The position numbers and the translations under genes were made by a program. A stretch of DNA of 36,343 bases, from positions 1 to 36,343 of IMG/VR virus record IMGVR_UViG_3300022930_000021. One strand, written 5' to 3'. This DNA is from a virus (Duplodnaviria > Caudoviricetes). The notes under the pieces were generated by a model that worked only from the letters and a program-made list of their open reading frames with translations, did no database searches and was not told the DNA's origin. Within the stretch, counting starts at the first letter, position 1. Each line of letters opens with the position of its first letter. Below are positions 32,797-36,343 of this stretch, one piece after another.

Positions 32797-33011
32797 CCCC
32801 AGAACAAGAATCACAGCTGCAGGAGCTTATCGAATGGAAGCGTGACCGCGAGAACGAGCAGATCATCGCTCCACTAGACGAGCCGTCCAAGAACGTCATA
32901 TACCGCGACGTTCCTTTGATGCTTCGAGAATATAGCAACAGCCCATCAGCCGATGGATATATAACGGTAGAGATAAATGGACGACAGTATAATCTCCTCA
33001 GAGGACAATGA
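32793..33011 (+). CDS. Small tail-region protein
   Basis: 72 aa; ATGA coupling at both ends. Confidence 0.65.
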   Translation: MTPEQESQLQELIEWKRDRENEQIIAPLDEPSKNVIYRDVPLMLREYSNSPSADGYITVEINGRQYNLLRGQ

Positions 33012-35059
33012 TTTCAATACCAAACAAGCAGACGCGCCAGTGGGTACAGAACAACAAGACTGACCTGGCTATAAATAGCAACGTATACATCTCAAAGAAT
33101 ATCAACTTTGACGAGGAGGGGTACCTTAAGTTATCTCCCCGCACTCGCAACATATTCGATGAGGATACATACGCTAACCTGTCGACTAACGTAGGCGATC
33201 CTCTGATTTCCATAAGTTATTACGATGCAACAGCGCGCTACTACATACTAGGAACAAAGAACATCTACTATACTAGTTCCGACTTCTTTACGAGCCTTAC
33301 ACAGGATGCTGGCGCTGGAGTGCCTACACTTAGCACGTCGGGTCGTAGCGACTCTACTAGCTTCAATGGTCTATTGCATGTAGCCAATGGCACCGACGTC
33401 TTCACTACTGATGGGTCTACTTGGACCAAATCCTATGACACGTCAGGCGCTCGTCTTATCGAAGTATTCGTCAACAAGAATGAATTAGCGGTAGGAAAGA
33501 CCAATACGATTGAATTGGTGTCGACATCGTATGTGCTTGATATAACGCTGACCATACCCTCGCAGTTCTCCATAACCTGTATGGCATGGAAGAATAACCG
33601 CATGTATATAGGTACTACCCACCTAGATAACGGTGAGGCAATGCTATTCGAGTGGGATGGAGCGACCACAGAAGCGAATAATGCTTATTCAGTAGGCGCT
33701 AATACGATATATTCCCTGACGCCTTACAAGAACGGTGTCGCATTCATGACATCTGAAGGACAGTTGATGTACTTCTCTGGAGGCGTCCAGGAGTTGGCTA
33801 ACCTTCCAGTCTACTACACCGATATGCAATGGCAGTCTACGGGCGATTCTACTCCTGTTAACCGTCGCGTGCTTCCTCGGGGACTAATCGCAGAAGGAGA
33901 TATCCTTTATGTTGCTCTACACGGAATACTCACGGTGGCCAACGATGATGACTCTGAACCCAATTTCTATAGCAATTTCCCATCAGGCGTCTGGTGCTAT
34001 GACCCTAAAGTAGGCCTGTATAATAAATACACAATAGGCGGAGCAATGCGTCTTAAGACGAGCGCCATAACCACGGCAAACGTAAATACTACGACGGATA
34101 TAATAACGGTTTCAGGCGTTACGGTACCTGATACAGGCACTCCTCTATTCTATGACGACGGTGACGATGGTTCTGGTACTTGGATAACCCCAATCAAGTT
34201 CCGCAAAAGGTATTTCACTATAAAGCAGTCATCTACAACCCTTAAGGTGGCTACAACTTACGCTAATGCGCTAGCAGGTACCGCAATAGACCTAACCGGA
34301 ACCGGAGTTAACACGCAGTTCATCGTATTCGATCCTAATAGCGACTTCGGCGGCATACAGAATCGCCCCTCTGTCGTTTATCCGCTCCGTCGCGGTAACT
34401 CTAATGCCGGCACTGTGCGTTCTGATGGCACGAAATTCATTATCGGAGGATCCGTGGCTAAGACTACCAATACCTATAAGACAACTATCTCGGTAGTTGC
34501 GGAACAACAGGAAGGCAGAGGCTACGCTGTGTTCCCAAAGCTATACTCAGAGAACATACAGGATAACTTCCAGACGGCCGTCGTACGCTGCCGTGACTTC
34601 ATCAACGCTGATGATAAGGCAATAGTAAAATTCCGAACCGAAGACGAGATAGTGCTTGACTTCAACACTAACCTGACTACAGGAGGCGTATGGGCATCTA
34701 CTACCTCGTTTACGACTACTGATGACCTATCTGCCGCAGAAGTAGGCGATGAGGTCCAGATAGTGCGAGGCTCTGGAGCAGGTTACACGGCGCACATCAC
34801 GGTCCTATCCTATAGCGCTCCGACCTATACGGTAACGATAGACGAGACGATACAGAATATAACGGTCGCCGATACGTTCCGATTCTATATCCATAACTGG
34901 AAGAAGGGATGGGAGATGACGTCTACCGACAACCAATACAAGGAAGTCGCGATAGATAACGCCAAGAAATGGGTGCAGATCAAGATAGAATTACGAGGAA
35001 TCAATACCACATTAGAAGACATAACGGTGAAGAATGTTAAACAATTGGACGGACGGTAG
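33008..35059 (+). CDS. Tail nozzle / DNA stabilisation protein (beta-propeller-like)
   Basis: 683 aa, beta-rich with propeller-like repeats; C-terminal WVQIKIEL; position after the adaptor. Confidence 0.65.
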   Translation: MISIPNKQTRQWVQNNKTDLAINSNVYISKNINFDEEGYLKLSPRTRNIFDEDTYANLSTNVGDPLISISYYDATARYYILGTKNIYYTSSDFFTSLTQDAGAGVPTLSTSGRSDSTSFNGLLHVANGTDVFTTDGSTWTKSYDTSGARLIEVFVNKNELAVGKTNTIELVSTSYVLDITLTIPSQFSITCMAWKNNRMYIGTTHLDNGEAMLFEWDGATTEANNAYSVGANTIYSLTPYKNGVAFMTSEGQLMYFSGGVQELANLPVYYTDMQWQSTGDSTPVNRRVLPRGLIAEGDILYVALHGILTVANDDDSEPNFYSNFPSGVWCYDPKVGLYNKYTIGGAMRLKTSAITTANVNTTTDIITVSGVTVPDTGTPLFYDDGDDGSGTWITPIKFRKRYFTIKQSSTTLKVATTYANALAGTAIDLTGTGVNTQFIVFDPNSDFGGIQNRPSVVYPLRRGNSNAGTVRSDGTKFIIGGSVAKTTNTYKTTISVVAEQQEGRGYAVFPKLYSENIQDNFQTAVVRCRDFINADDKAIVKFRTEDEIVLDFNTNLTTGGVWASTTSFTTTDDLSAAEVGDEVQIVRGSGAGYTAHITVLSYSAPTYTVTIDETIQNITVADTFRFYIHNWKKGWEMTSTDNQYKEVAIDNAKKWVQIKIELRGINTTLEDITVKNVKQLDGR

Positions 35060-35073
35060 TATAATAAAACAAA

Positions 35074-36343
35074 ATGGCCACTAAACTCGATTACAGCACC
35101 TCGTCCAATCCTGCGATAGACGCATATAACAAGGCACGCGCGCAGGCAGTCGCGCAGGGTAAATCTTCCTCTTCGGTCAAGAAGCCGACGGCCTTGCTTT
35201 CACCTATTCAGCCTGTAGCAACACCCACCGTTACTACTCCTTCCACCAGCGTAAACCTCAATGCTCCGTTTCCTACAGCGAACCTATCGACGACAAGCCT
35301 AAACCTCCAGCCTACGATTCCTCCTACAGCGGCAGCCGGTGCATCCCAGTATATTCAGTCAGCGGCACAGGGCATGCAACAGCAGCTCATAAACGAGCAG
35401 CAGCAGGAACAGGCCCGACTCCAATCGACCGTTAACGACCAGACGAATCAGATCGGCGGCATATACGAGCGACTTATTGGCCAGAGCAACCGAAACGAGG
35501 AGATATACAAGGAAAACAACGTAGACCGTCTCAAGAAGACCGTCGATAAGTACACCAACCAGATAGAGTCTGAGCAGGTGGCGTCACGCCATCAGATAGA
35601 ACAGTTGCAGCGTAATAACACCGAGGGACTATTCGGTGGTGCTCTGCAGACTCGTGCTAACCAGATTGAGCGTGACAGCCTATCGAAGCAGGCCGACCTT
35701 GCCGTACTCCAGGCTGGCGCATCCCGTAACTATGACACCGCTGCTGCTATTGCCGACCGCAAGATTGCCGCTGAAACGGAACAGTTGCAGACGACTCTCG
35801 ATGCTATGAAGTTCTTCTATGCTGAGAACAAGCAGGAACTCACTAAGGCACAAGATAGGGAATACCAGTTGCGTATCGCGCAGTCTGAGCGCGCCTTACA
35901 GGAAGAGACGGCAAACAAGCAAGCATCACAGGCCATGATTATCGAGGCCATGCAGTTAGGCGCACCAGAGTCTGTAGTGCGCCAGGCACAGTCGCTTTAT
36001 AACCAGGGTGCTACGCCAGAGCAACTTGTAACTCTCCTTGGTAGGTACTCACAAGTCGCCGCTGACCAGTCGTATAAAAATAGCCAATTGGCCATGGAGC
36101 AGTCTAGACTCAACCTTGCGCGGGAAGAGGCTGCGCGAGATGCGGCTAATTCTCCTGGAGCTATAGCTGGCATTGCAGATACAATATCAACGAGTAATGA
36201 CCCTGTAACAGCAAAAAGGGGACTTGCCGAGATTTTGGCGAGTGGTGCTATATCAGCTGGTACCAAGTCGAAACTGGCGCCGGCAGTAGAAGTATTGAAT
36301 GCAGTAGATGAATTTGCATCTGGCAACCTTGAGGGCCAGTTTA
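35074..36343 (+). CDS. Internal virion / ejection protein, 5' part (continues across the junction to 626; 551 aa in total)
   Basis: Open frame from ATG 35074 (TATAAT 35060-35065 upstream), Pro/Thr-rich then Gln/Ala coiled-coil, no stop before the window end. Confidence 0.8.
   Translation, partial: MATKLDYSTSSNPAIDAYNKARAQAVAQGKSSSSVKKPTALLSPIQPVATPTVTTPSTSVNLNAPFPTANLSTTSLNLQPTIPPTAAAGASQYIQSAAQGMQQQLINEQQQEQARLQSTVNDQTNQIGGIYERLIGQSNRNEEIYKENNVDRLKKTVDKYTNQIESEQVASRHQIEQLQRNNTEGLFGGALQTRANQIERDSLSKQADLAVLQAGASRNYDTAAAIADRKIAAETEQLQTTLDAMKFFYAENKQELTKAQDREYQLRIAQSERALQEETANKQASQAMIIEAMQLGAPESVVRQAQSLYNQGATPEQLVTLLGRYSQVAADQSYKNSQLAMEQSRLNLAREEAARDAANSPGAIAGIADTISTSNDPVTAKRGLAEILASGAISAGTKSKLAPAVEVLNAVDEFASGNLEGQF
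36104..36343. repeat. Terminal direct repeat, copy 2
   Basis: Matches 1-240 with one mismatch. Confidence 0.97.

Noticed and set aside
36104-36343. Terminal repeat as a biological DTR
   Set aside because: It falls in the middle of a coding sequence, which fits an assembly overlap better; reads are needed to decide
1-36343. Alternative genetic code, DGR, integrase/att site, introns or inteins
   Set aside because: Genes are intact and densely packed under code 11 with all three stops used; no reverse transcriptase, recombinase or interrupted core gene is visible

Overview
The window is a complete circular (or circularly permuted) genome of a tailed dsDNA phage, about 36,103 bp long; bases 1-240 are repeated at 36104-36343. 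It has two divergent arms. The + strand late arm (about 19.5 kb through the junction to 9.8 kb) encodes TerS, TerL, portal, scaffold and an N4-gp56-type major capsid. After the capsid come a five-gene glycosylation cassette (GT4, GT2, SAM methyltransferase, NDP-sugar epimerase, GT4-like), podovirus-type adaptor, nozzle and ejection proteins, a tail fibre, a LamG protein and an M23-endolysin lysis module. The - strand early arm (about 19.4 to 9.9 kb) encodes an iteron-containing replication initiator, SSB-like, RusA-like and HNH-like proteins, a membrane-anchored lysozyme-fold protein, many small ORFs and an atypical tRNA-Ile(UAU). I recognise no integrase, CI repressor, polymerase or helicase. 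The most notable non-coding signals are (i) an RNA cluster at the divergence point, with a C4-like antisense RNA and its upstream targets plus two promoter-terminator mini-transcripts, one complementary to the capsid leader; (ii) DnaA-box 12-mers at fixed spacing upstream of early promoters; and (iii) a GTTGCGG loop motif in late-gene leaders. The lack of Shine-Dalgarno motifs, leaderless starts and the absence of a recognisable spanin suggest a Patescibacteria (CPR)-like host, but this is inference. All calls come from reading the sequence by eye; no searches were run.
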